A stretch of DNA of 46,141 nucleotides from a virus. The DNA lies in the IMG/VR virus record IMGVR_UViG_3300020181_000002, positions 1 through 46,141 of that record. One strand, given 5' to 3'. The position numbers and the translations under genes were made by a program. The notes beneath the pieces were generated by a model. The model was not told where the DNA came from, searched no databases, and saw nothing but the letters and a program-made list of their open reading frames with translations. Positions 38,492 to 46,141 of this stretch are shown in pieces. Within the stretch, counting starts at the first letter, position 1. The number at the start of each line of letters is the position of its first letter.

Positions 38492-38513
38492 GCAAGCGAG
38501 GCTGCTACCGCTT

Positions 38514-38540
38514 CCGCCACGCGAGCAACGTGGCGAGCTA
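38514..38540 (-). repeat. Intergenic hairpin element, copy 2
   Basis: Same 23-bp core, again abutting a TAG stop (the gp45-like gene, 38538-40) and preceding the next start (gp46-like, 38491). Confidence 0.8.
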
Positions 38541-39065
38541 CGGCGCCACCTTGTGCTTGCTGAGGACCGCGTCGGCGCTCAGCTTGGTCGCGGTCGTCGG
38601 CGGCGTGGTTGGTCCCTGCGCGGTGTCGTGCACGTGCAGGTTGAACGCGTCGACGAGCGCGTCGCCGAGCGGGATGTGCTGGTCGCTGTCCTTGTCGCCG
38701 ACGACGACCGTCCCGTCCTTGTCGACGAACACGCGCCAGCGACCTTTCGAGTAGAGCCCGCCTTCGCGTGGTCCCGCGCCCGTCGGCCGCTCGCCCGGCA
38801 CGTCCGCGCAGACCGCGACGAGGTGCGCGCGCGCGCCGCCGACCGCGAGCGCAATGCACTGCGCGCCAGCGGGCGGGACGAAGCTCAGGCCGTACGGCTG
38901 CAGGTGCTCCACCTCGTCGGCCACCTCGTCGGCAAGCAGCGAGACCTGGATGCGCTGCGTCTTGAGCGCATCATTCACGTACTCCACGACGCCCCGCGCC
39001 ACCATGCCGTCGACGCGCGTCTTGAGCTGGCGGAGCATCGTACCGATGACGTCGAGCCCGAGCAT
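38538..39065 (-). CDS. Baseplate assembly/spike protein, Mu gp45-like
   Basis: RIQVSLLADEVADEVEHLQPYGLSFVPPAGAQCIALAVGG matches the Gp45 N-terminal domain pattern. Confidence 0.8.
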   Translation of the reverse strand: MLGLDVIGTMLRQLKTRVDGMVARGVVEYVNDALKTQRIQVSLLADEVADEVEHLQPYGLSFVPPAGAQCIALAVGGARAHLVAVCADVPGERPTGAGPREGGLYSKGRWRVFVDKDGTVVVGDKDSDQHIPLGDALVDAFNLHVHDTAQGPTTPPTTATKLSADAVLSKHKVAP

Positions 39066-40111
39066 CAGAACTCCGAGGTTGCCCGGCGCTTGCGGCCGCG
39101 CTTGAGGGGAGGGTAGCGCTTCAGCTCGAACGACTCAGGACGCGCCAGCTCAAGCTCCACCTCGCGCGGCTCCTCCGCGCCGAAGCGGTAGCGCACGGCC
39201 ACGACCAAGAGCCAGGCGTCGATGCCGAGCGCCACGTTCTGGACGTTGACCTGCATGTTCGGTCGCCACGCGTAGCCCTCGGCCGTCTGGTACCCGAACA
39301 CCGACGCCTGGATGCGCTCGCCGCGTCCGGCGCGCTGGTTGCGCTCGAGCGTCGCGCGCGCCTCGAGGTCCGCCGCCGAGCCCGCCTCGGCGTGCAGCAA
39401 AAGCGGCCGGTAGCGCGTGATCGCCTCGTCGGTTACCCGGTGCTTCACCTGCGACGCGCGCTTGCCCCATGCCGCCTCGCTCGCCTTGACCTGGCCGCGG
39501 AAGACGTACTCGCTGTACCTGCTGTACCAGCTGTCCGAGCGCGCCGTGCGAATCAGCGGAAGCTGGCCGCGCACGAGCTTCGTCTCCGTCTCCACCGCGC
39601 CCGCGCGCCCGAGCACCAGGTCGCCACCGACCGCGTACGGGAACAGGCCGCGTTTCTGCGCTGCCCTCGTGATGGCGTCCATCACCGTGTCGCCGGGCTG
39701 TACCCGGTAGTGCGGGAACCGCTCGCCCTCGTCGCCCTCGACACGCACGAGCACGTCGTGCGGCGCGGCAAGCCGCTGGGCGATCTCGCTGACGCGCGCG
39801 TTCGCGAAGCCCTCATAGCTCGCCGAGCAGTCGACGAGGTCCGCCGTGCGCGACCGGCCAGACGCGCGGAGGCGCACCTCGTCGGGCGAGTCTTCTTCGT
39901 CGGTCGTGTCGACGTAGCCGCTCAGGATGTTCTCGCCGTCGAGCAGCACGTCGACTGCATCGCCTGCGAACATGAGCCGCGCGTCTGGCTCGCTCGGGTG
40001 CGCGAGGTACTCGACATCGAAGCTGTTTGCCGGCGACTCCATGCTGAGCTGCACGGCGCCGCGCAGAAAGCCGGACAGGATGGCGCCGCCGACACGCACC
40101 TCGATCGTCAT
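39065..40111 (-). CDS. Baseplate hub protein, Mu gpP (gp44) / late-control-D-like
   Basis: 348 aa, at the gene-order position between the DNA-circularisation and gp45 genes. Broad similarity to the gpD/P family (..D...Y.G.......I...A......). Confidence 0.7.
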   Translation of the reverse strand: MTIEVRVGGAILSGFLRGAVQLSMESPANSFDVEYLAHPSEPDARLMFAGDAVDVLLDGENILSGYVDTTDEEDSPDEVRLRASGRSRTADLVDCSASYEGFANARVSEIAQRLAAPHDVLVRVEGDEGERFPHYRVQPGDTVMDAITRAAQKRGLFPYAVGGDLVLGRAGAVETETKLVRGQLPLIRTARSDSWYSRYSEYVFRGQVKASEAAWGKRASQVKHRVTDEAITRYRPLLLHAEAGSAADLEARATLERNQRAGRGERIQASVFGYQTAEGYAWRPNMQVNVQNVALGIDAWLLVVAVRYRFGAEEPREVELELARPESFELKRYPPLKRGRKRRATSEF

Positions 40112-41361
40112 GGCTTCAAGACCTCGAGCGCGCCGTCCGCGCGCAAGGGGTCCCGGAGCGCGTTGCGCGCGATGAGGTCGGGCTCCATCGCCACATCGCC
40201 ATAGAGCTGGTAGGCGACCAGCAGCGCCGGCACAGGCTCGGCCGGGCGGTACCGCACCACGTCGGGCAGGCGCCCTGCAGTCTCCACCAGGTGGCGCACC
40301 AGCGCCGCGCGCAGCCGGTCGAGCGCGTGGTAGAGCGCGTCGCCCGCGAGCGCCTGCACGGCGTCAAGCTCCGAGAGCTGGCGCCCCAGAACCGAGAGCG
40401 CGAACGTCGACGAGTCGAACTGCGCCCGGCCGAAGCCGTCTGCCGCCGCGCTCAGCGCGCCCGACCGTACCAGCACCGAGAGCGCACGGTCGTTCTCGTC
40501 GGCGCGCTTGGCCAAGGCACTCTCGCCGAGGCTCACGAAGGGCTCGCCCATCGCCCGGAAAGCGCTCGCCGTACGGTCCACGAGGCGCGCGCCACGGCCA
40601 CGCTGAAAGGGCGTGAGCAGCGTGCTCGGGACGCCGCTGAGCGGGTCGCTCGTCGCCACGTCGTAGACGGCGAACGCCGTGTAGATGACGTCGACCACGG
40701 CCGTCGCGAACGCGCGCGGCTGACCCATCACCGCGAGCAGGCCGTGCTTCACGGCATCGAGCGAGCGCGACGCCTCGGCCAGCGGGCTGAGCATGGTGCT
40801 CGACTGCACCTGCACGCGCCCGGCCGTCGTCACCACGAGGTCCACGAGCCCGCGCGTGCGTGCGAGGTAGCGGTCGCCCATGCCGCGCGTGTCGGCGCGC
40901 TCTGCATAGTCCTCGGACGCGAGCGACCGGACCATCAGCGAGGCAAGCGCAAGCTCCGCCGCCGTGTCCGTGCGCGCGCGCGCTTGCCCGGCGATGCGCT
41001 CCTCGACCACGACCGCAAACCGAACCTCGCAGTAGCCGCCGTCCGTGCGCCGCTCGGTCGTGACCGGCCCGCTCGTCACGCGCACGTAGAGGTCGCCGCG
41101 CGTCGGCAGCGTCAGGACGCCCGGTCCCTCGTCGACGACGGCCGCTTCGAGGTCGTCCCGCAGCTGGTCGTAGTCGGGACCCCAGACGAACGCCTGCACG
41201 TCGATGGTGTCGGGCTCGCGCCCGAGGTCCTGCTGCTGCGAGCCGTCTCGGCCCGCGAGGCGCCGCACGTTGATGCGCCGCCCCTTGGCGTAGCCGGTGC
41301 CATCGACCCAGAAGGGCACGCCCTTGAACTGGGCTCGAACGAGCCGGTCTCGCCACGTCAT
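40108..41361 (-). CDS. DNA circularisation protein N (Mu gp43)-like
   Basis: WRDRLVRAQFKGVPFWVDGTGYAKGRRINVRRLAGRDGSQQQDLGREP matches the DNA_circ_N N-terminal signature (asFrGvpF...GRR...rD....DLG). Confidence 0.8.
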   Translation of the reverse strand: MTWRDRLVRAQFKGVPFWVDGTGYAKGRRINVRRLAGRDGSQQQDLGREPDTIDVQAFVWGPDYDQLRDDLEAAVVDEGPGVLTLPTRGDLYVRVTSGPVTTERRTDGGYCEVRFAVVVEERIAGQARARTDTAAELALASLMVRSLASEDYAERADTRGMGDRYLARTRGLVDLVVTTAGRVQVQSSTMLSPLAEASRSLDAVKHGLLAVMGQPRAFATAVVDVIYTAFAVYDVATSDPLSGVPSTLLTPFQRGRGARLVDRTASAFRAMGEPFVSLGESALAKRADENDRALSVLVRSGALSAAADGFGRAQFDSSTFALSVLGRQLSELDAVQALAGDALYHALDRLRAALVRHLVETAGRLPDVVRYRPAEPVPALLVAYQLYGDVAMEPDLIARNALRDPLRADGALEVLKP

Positions 41362-43223
41362 CAGAAGCTCCCCAGCGGCTGCGCCACGCGCGGGTTCGCG
41401 CGCTTCAGGTGCTCGACCAGCTCGCCGAGCTTCTTGTCCATGCTCTCGATACCCTTGGCCATGCGCGGGTCGCTCGCAGCCGGCAGCACGAGCGGCGCCG
41501 CTGCTGCGCCGGCAGCGTCAGCACCGGGCACCGCTGGTGCGGACGCGTCTGTCGGCGTCGCTGCAGGCGTCTCGGTGGGCTTGCGGTTCGCGCGTATCCA
41601 GGCGTTGATCTCCTCTTTGCCCCTTGCGCCCGCTGCAACGGCCTGCTTCACAATGGCCGGCGTGTGTCCCCAGCCGGCTTCCAGCACCTCGCCGGTCGTG
41701 CCGCTCATCCGCCAGCCACCGGAGAGCACCTGGTCGTCGCCCTTCTTGATTCCCTGGTGCTCAGCCTCCTCACGCTCCATGCCGAGCAGCTTCATGATCT
41801 TCTCGGTGAGCCCGAACGTGTCGTTTGCCCACGTGCCGATGGCATAGCCGGCAGCGCCTGCAGCGAGCAGGAGGCCACCGCGCCCGAGGATCGATCCGCT
41901 CAGCGACGCGTACGACTTGCTGAGCATGGCCGTGCCGGCGAGGTACGTGGCCTGCGCCGTGAGCAGCCCCTTCAGCGCGAGCGCCGTCAGGCCGAGGTTG
42001 GCGGCCAGCTCGAGGCTCTCGCGCGTGGCGTTCGGGTAGGCTTTCGCCAAGTCGGTCAGGCCGCCCGCCGCGTCTTCCACAGTGCCTGCCCAGCGCTTCA
42101 CCGTCGGCTCGAGAACCTCGCCGATCTGCGTCTTGAGCCCGCTCACGGCGCCCGACGCGCGCTCCATGGCGCCGCCAAGGTTGTCCTCCATGACGGCAGC
42201 CATCTTGGTCAGCTTGTCCTCGGTCGTGTCGATCTTCTTGTTGACCGACCCCCAGCTCTTGTCGTCCGTGCGTATCTGCGCCTGGATGAGCACGGCTGCA
42301 CTCTTGAGCGCGTCGCGTCCGAAGATGGCCTCTTGAATCTTCGCCAGGCGCGCCGGGTCCATGCCCTTGCCGGCCTCGGCCATGCGAGTCAGCACGCCCT
42401 CGAGGTCTCCTCGCGCGAGCTGCTGCTGCAGCTCCTTCAGCTCCTTCGTCCCGATGCCCAGAGCCTTGAATGCGCGCGTTGCCTCGCGCGACGGGGCGAT
42501 GATGCCGAGCATCGTCGCTTGAAGCCCGGTGCCGGCCATGGTGCCGCGCTGCTGCGCGTTGCCGAGCACGCCGATGGCTGTTGCGACCTGCTCGATGGGC
42601 ACGCGGAGCTGCGAGGCAATGGGCGCTGCCATCTTGAACGCCTCGGCCGTGTCGTCGAGGCTCGTCGCCGCTCCCGTGAACGTCTTGGCCAGGACGTTCG
42701 CCACGCGCGACGCGTCGGTTGCCTGAAGCCCCATGCCGTTGATGGTGCCGCCCAGGATCTCGGCGCTGCGCGCCAGGTCGACGTTTGACGCGCGCGCCAG
42801 GCTCAGCACGATCGGCGTCTCGGCGAGGATGTCGTTCGCTCCCGCGCCAGCACGCGCAAGCTCGGTCATCGCCGCCGCGGCCTCCTCGCCGGAGTAGCTC
42901 GTGGCGGCGCCAAGCTCGGCCGCCTGCTTCTTCATGCGCTGGAACGCCTCGGTCCCGATTTCGCCGCTGATCGCCTGCAGCTCGGAGAGCCGGCGCTCGA
43001 AGCCCACGAACTCATCGACGGAGCTTTTCAACGGGCCGAGCAGCGACGTGCCGAACCGCCCGGCAGCCTCTGCCGCTTGGTTCATGTCGGCGGCCATGGC
43101 GAGCCGCTGCTTCAGCTTCTCCGCGTGCGCCGTCGCGTCGCCGAGGCCGGTGCTGAGCTGGCGCAACGGACCCGTGAAGGCGTCCATGATGCGGATGAGG
43201 ACGTTTGTCTGCAGGTCAGCCAT
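41361..43223 (-). CDS. Tail tape measure protein
   Basis: 620 aa, Ala/Gly/Leu-rich and helical, located after the frameshifted chaperone pair. The central segment resembles the TP901-type TMP core (AAELGAATSYSGEEAAAAMTELARAGAG). Confidence 0.85.
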   Translation of the reverse strand: MADLQTNVLIRIMDAFTGPLRQLSTGLGDATAHAEKLKQRLAMAADMNQAAEAAGRFGTSLLGPLKSSVDEFVGFERRLSELQAISGEIGTEAFQRMKKQAAELGAATSYSGEEAAAAMTELARAGAGANDILAETPIVLSLARASNVDLARSAEILGGTINGMGLQATDASRVANVLAKTFTGAATSLDDTAEAFKMAAPIASQLRVPIEQVATAIGVLGNAQQRGTMAGTGLQATMLGIIAPSREATRAFKALGIGTKELKELQQQLARGDLEGVLTRMAEAGKGMDPARLAKIQEAIFGRDALKSAAVLIQAQIRTDDKSWGSVNKKIDTTEDKLTKMAAVMEDNLGGAMERASGAVSGLKTQIGEVLEPTVKRWAGTVEDAAGGLTDLAKAYPNATRESLELAANLGLTALALKGLLTAQATYLAGTAMLSKSYASLSGSILGRGGLLLAAGAAGYAIGTWANDTFGLTEKIMKLLGMEREEAEHQGIKKGDDQVLSGGWRMSGTTGEVLEAGWGHTPAIVKQAVAAGARGKEEINAWIRANRKPTETPAATPTDASAPAVPGADAAGAAAAPLVLPAASDPRMAKGIESMDKKLGELVEHLKRANPRVAQPLGSF

Positions 43224-43643
43224 AGGCGCGCGACTCCGTGATTGCAGCGAGCCACCAGTCGAGCTCCACGAGCGGCAGGCTCAGCGCCTCCTCGCGCGAC
43301 CAGCCCATCGTGCGCGCTACGTAGGCGAGGGCTCCTCGCCAATCGACAGCGATTTTCCCAAGGCCAACATCACCTCCACGCCCACGTCGCGCGCGATGAC
43401 GGCTGGCAGCTCGTCGACGATGCCGGCCGGCTCCACGACCACAGCCGCGAACCGGACGAGCTTGCCGACTGTCGGCCGCTCGCCCCATGTCCACGGGCAG
43501 CGCTTCATGTGCTTGCCGGTCAGCGCCGGGATGGTCAGGCGAGAGACCTCCTCGCCGGCGAGGCGCACGGGGCGCGCGAGCTTCAGAACGAGCGAGCCGT
43601 CCTGGTTGCGCTCCACCGTGTACGGCGCCTTGGGGCCATTCAT
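43216..43643 (-). CDS. Tail assembly chaperone, -1 frameshift fusion product (gpE+E' / G-T analogue)
   Basis: The frame-0 reading ...TTG GGA AAA TCG... slips to GGG AAA ATC..., giving ...ALGK-IAVDWRGALAYVARTMGWSREEALSLPLVELDWWLAAITESRAYG. This product ends 8 nt inside the tape measure gene. Confidence 0.7.
43317..43643 (-). CDS. Tail assembly chaperone (Mu gp41 / P2 gpE analogue), frame-0 product
   Basis: 108 aa between the tube and tape measure genes. Contains the slippery heptamer near its 3' end. Confidence 0.75.
   Translation of the reverse strand: MNGPKAPYTVERNQDGSLVLKLARPVRLAGEEVSRLTIPALTGKHMKRCPWTWGERPTVGKLVRFAAVVVEPAGIVDELPAVIARDVGVEVMLALGKSLSIGEEPSPT
43353..43359 (-). promoter_or_regulatory. 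Slippery heptamer G_GGA_AAA for programmed -1 ribosomal frameshifting
   Basis: The plus-strand ttttccc at 43353-43359 is GGGAAAA on the coding strand, in X_XXY_YYZ phase with the frame-0 ORF. The -1 frame stays open to 43216. Confidence 0.7.
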
Positions 43644-43984
43644 TTCGCGGCCGGGTCGCCGCCCAGAGTGAGTTCCACCTCGCCGTTGGCGAGGTCCCCG
43701 ATGTTCGCCGTGGCCGCGTTTGCGACCGTGAACGTGTGGCCAGTGTCGGTCGTGAAGTGCGCCGTCCCCTTCCAGGTCTGCAGCTTGATGATGTCCGTGT
43801 CGCTCATGTGCGGCATGGTGCAGCGGATCTGCGCGGCGTTGGGGTTTTCCTTGTAGTACGCCTCGAGCTGGTCGGTGGCCGCGAACTCGCGCGTGATGCC
43901 GCCGATCTGCAAGCTCGCGCCGGGCTTGCTACGAAGCGTCTCGTTGTCGAGCTTGATGCTCACTCGTCCCGTCTGCTGTGCCAT
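43640..43984 (-). CDS. Tail tube protein
   Basis: 114 aa directly after the sheath gene. Beta-rich (GRVSIKLDNETLRSKPGASLQIGG...). Confidence 0.7.
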   Translation of the reverse strand: MAQQTGRVSIKLDNETLRSKPGASLQIGGITREFAATDQLEAYYKENPNAAQIRCTMPHMSDTDIIKLQTWKGTAHFTTDTGHTFTVANAATANIGDLANGEVELTLGGDPAAK

Positions 43985-43997
43985 GGGCTCGTCTCCG

Positions 43998-45446
43998 TCA
44001 GAGCTGGAAGGCGATCTTCATCGCGGTGACCACCAGGCCGTTCACGAGGCGAGGGCTTGCCTGGACGTTGAGGCGCTCGCCGTTCGTCTCGTCGATCTCG
44101 ACGAGCAGGTCCGCCGCGAACCCGGCCGTGTCCTTGGCGAGCCCGCGCCGCTCGCGCGAGCGGTACGCCGCGACCAGCTCGCCGCGAAGCGTCGCTGGCG
44201 TCACCACCGGCACGCCAGGCCCGACGTTCGTCCCGTCCGGCGCCACGAGGTCGCGCTCGTGCCGCGCGCCGACCGCCAGTAGCTCGAGCAGCGTGCTCGC
44301 GAGGTTTCGCATCGTCTCGATGCTGAGGTACGTGGCGTCTGCCGTGCCGCCCGGCGTGACCTGGTAGCTCGTGATGAGGCGCTCGATGAGCACCCGCCCG
44401 TCGTGCGCCACGCGCAATGTCGACACGCCGTCGTAGAGGAGCCCGTTGCGCTCGCCCTGGTCGAGCCGGTCGGCCGGCGCAGGCGCCTCCACGTCCGGCA
44501 AGACGAGGCCATTGCGCGGCCGGTTCGGCTGCGTGTCGGTGACCTGCGCGTCGCGCGCGGCCACCTGCGCGACCACGACCCACGGAGGCGTCGGCGAGAG
44601 CCCCGCGCCCACGATGGTGAGGTGCTGGCTGTTGCGCGCTGCGCCATAGGTGCCCATCGCGCTCAGCGTGCCGCGCAGCGCCACGAAGACGTGCGTCGGG
44701 AGCTTGACCTCGGGGTCCCAGCGGCGCGCCGCCTCGGTCTCGAGCAGCGCCACGTTGGCCGCGTCGTTCACGCCGCTGACGATCGAGTCGTAGCGGCTGT
44801 CGTCGATGGCCGCGATGGACGCCGCGAGGCTCGGGTTCGTCGCGCCGCCCGTGGACGCCGTCACCGTGGGCGTGATGCCGGCTGGCGCCACGTCAACCCC
44901 GAGCGCCACGTCGTTGCCGTGCGTGCCGGCCTGGCGCGCCGTCAGCGTCACCGTGCCGCCCGCCGCGCCCGCCGTGACCGGCAGGTCGGGCTCAGCCGTC
45001 AGCGCTGCTGCGAGCGCCGTGGCGATGGCGGCGGCCGTCTGGCCGTTCGCGACGCCCACGCTCACGCGCCGGTCGCCGACGCGGACGGTCAGCGTGCCGG
45101 CGCCGGTCGCCGTGCCGGCGAGCGCGATGGTGCCGGCCGCCGCCGTGCCAGCGCCTGCCGGGTCGACGGGGAGGGCGTAGAGGCGCGCGCGAGAGCCGAC
45201 GCGCGCGAACGCCTTGGCCATGGCGGCGAGCTGCGAGCCGGCGCCGAAGAGGCCGTCTGCCGCGCCCTCACCCGTGACCTCGACGATGGTGCCGGCAGGC
45301 GCGCTGCCCGCCGCCAGGCGCAGGCCGATGAGCAGCACGCGATGGGGCTCGCCCGGCTGCGTGCTGAGCGCGCGCGAGCCGTCGATCTCGATGTAAGTGC
45401 CCGGCACGCGCAGCGCGGTCGGCACGCGGTTGAAGGAGATGGCCAT
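43998..45446 (-). CDS. Contractile tail sheath protein (Mu gpL-like)
   Basis: 482 aa. N-terminus MAISFNRVPTALRVPGTYIEID. Sheath-typical size and position upstream of the tube gene. Confidence 0.85.
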   Translation of the reverse strand: MAISFNRVPTALRVPGTYIEIDGSRALSTQPGEPHRVLLIGLRLAAGSAPAGTIVEVTGEGAADGLFGAGSQLAAMAKAFARVGSRARLYALPVDPAGAGTAAAGTIALAGTATGAGTLTVRVGDRRVSVGVANGQTAAAIATALAAALTAEPDLPVTAGAAGGTVTLTARQAGTHGNDVALGVDVAPAGITPTVTASTGGATNPSLAASIAAIDDSRYDSIVSGVNDAANVALLETEAARRWDPEVKLPTHVFVALRGTLSAMGTYGAARNSQHLTIVGAGLSPTPPWVVVAQVAARDAQVTDTQPNRPRNGLVLPDVEAPAPADRLDQGERNGLLYDGVSTLRVAHDGRVLIERLITSYQVTPGGTADATYLSIETMRNLASTLLELLAVGARHERDLVAPDGTNVGPGVPVVTPATLRGELVAAYRSRERRGLAKDTAGFAADLLVEIDETNGERLNVQASPRLVNGLVVTAMKIAFQL

Positions 45447-45455
45447 CGGTCTACC

Positions 45456-45656
45456 TCACGCCTTCTCGCGGTCGTCGTCCGCGTGCTGCTGCTCGACGCC
45501 GTGCGCCGTGTCCTCTTGCTCGAGGTCGCCGCTCATCACGAGGCGAAGCACCTCGCGCGTCGCTTCGAGCTCCGTGCCGGCCTCGATGGGCTCGCGCGTC
45601 ACCGGGTGCCGCACGGTGAGCCCCTCTCTCGGCCGCACCTTGATTCGATCGGTCAT
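45456..45656 (-). CDS. Mu gp38 (DUF2635)-like small protein
   Basis: MTDRIKVRPREGLTVRHPVTREPIEAGTELEATREVLRLVMSGDLE matches the DUF2635 pattern. ATGA overlap upstream. Confidence 0.65.
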   Translation of the reverse strand: MTDRIKVRPREGLTVRHPVTREPIEAGTELEATREVLRLVMSGDLEQEDTAHGVEQQHADDDREKA

Positions 45657-46141
45657 GGCTCTCGTCCTTCCAGCTCCAGGTCGCCTGATGCGTCGGGCGC
45701 GTCGCCGCCCGGGATGTGCATGTCGAGGTGAATGCGTCGCAGCGCGCGCAAGACGCCGTCTCGATCGAGCGGCGTCAGCTCGATGCGCTGGCTCCAGCTC
45801 ACGACCCAGAGGCTCAGGCCACGCCCGCTCAGCTCGCGCGCGCCGAGGTTGCGCGCCAGAAGGCGCGTCGCACGCGAGAGCGCAGTCGGCCGCCCCTCCG
45901 CGTCCGGCCACACCTCCTCGTCGACGAGGCTCGACACCAGCGCCGCAAGGTCCATGGCCACATCGCCGCGCGACTGCACGACGCCGGCCGCGCTCGCGCC
46001 ACTGCGCGAAAAGCAGCGCGCGATGAATTGCCCCTCGACCGTCGTCGGCCCGTAGTCTAGCGCCACGCTCGGCAGCGCCGTGCACGACAGGAGCACGCTC
46101 GGCACCGGCACGGTCTTGTACTCGACCACGTCGGCAAGCCC
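45653..46141 (-). CDS. Mu gp37 (DUF1834)-like protein, C-terminal part (same gene as 1-250; 46015-46141 duplicates 1-127)
   Basis: In frame with the ORF that starts at base 250 once the 127-bp overlap is collapsed. Confidence 0.6.
   Translation of the reverse strand, partial: GLADVVEYKTVPVPSVLLSCTALPSVALDYGPTTVEGQFIARCFSRSGASAAGVVQSRGDVAMDLAALVSSLVDEEVWPDAEGRPTALSRATRLLARNLGARELSGRGLSLWVVSWSQRIELTPLDRDGVLRALRRIHLDMHIPGGDAPDASGDLELEGREP
46015..46141. repeat. Terminal overlap copy 2: identical to 1-127
   Basis: Same 127-bp string as bases 1-127. Unique genome length is 46014 bp. Confidence 0.97.

Noticed and set aside
1-46141. Search for tRNA or tmRNA genes, CRISPR arrays, integrase, Mu A/B transposase, reverse transcriptase/DGR, and DNA methyltransferase.
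   Set aside because: By eye, I found no T-loop-like GGTTCGAATCC-type sequence in the intergenic regions and no spaced repeat arrays. No ORF carries DDE, tyrosine- or serine-recombinase, YxDD or SAM-methylase motifs. Absence should be confirmed with tRNAscan-SE and profile searches.

Overview
The window is one complete tailed-phage genome with high GC (roughly two-thirds or more G+C by eye). Bases 1-127 are identical to 46015-46141, so the unique length is 46,014 bp and the contig closes on itself.

About 60 genes form a single minus-strand chain. Most are joined by ATGA, GTGA or TGATG start/stop overlaps. In transcription order the chain runs:
- Cro-like regulator, DnaB-like helicase, an iteron-filled gap, RuvC-like resolvase and an HTH protein
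- small terminase, seven small genes, then large terminase
- Mu-type head module: portal (DUF935), gpF, gpI protease/scaffold, gpT major head, gp36, gpG, gp37, gp38
- Mu-type contractile tail and baseplate: sheath, tube, frameshifted chaperones, tape measure, gp43-gp48 analogues
- a 955-aa fibre with four LamG-like domains, a lysis block, and a coupled ParB-like/DpdA/QueC/FolE/QueD/QueE/unknown block for 7-deazaguanine DNA modification

The plus strand carries:
- a CI-like repressor
- an early recombination operon (Gp157-like, ERF, SSB)
- an orphan tail-fibre-like gene
- a wHTH initiator-like gene with an internal origin-like structure
- a block of small plasmid-leading-region-like genes (RHH, DUF3846)

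A ParA plus ribbon-helix-helix operon with upstream repeats sits divergent from the initiator gene. I found no integrase, Mu-type transposase, reverse transcriptase, tRNA, rRNA or CRISPR array. The simplest reading is a Mu-morphotype phage that replicates and partitions like a plasmid (a phage-plasmid) and modifies its DNA with a preQ0-type deazaguanine.

All family assignments come from motif recognition by eye and gene order. No searches were run.
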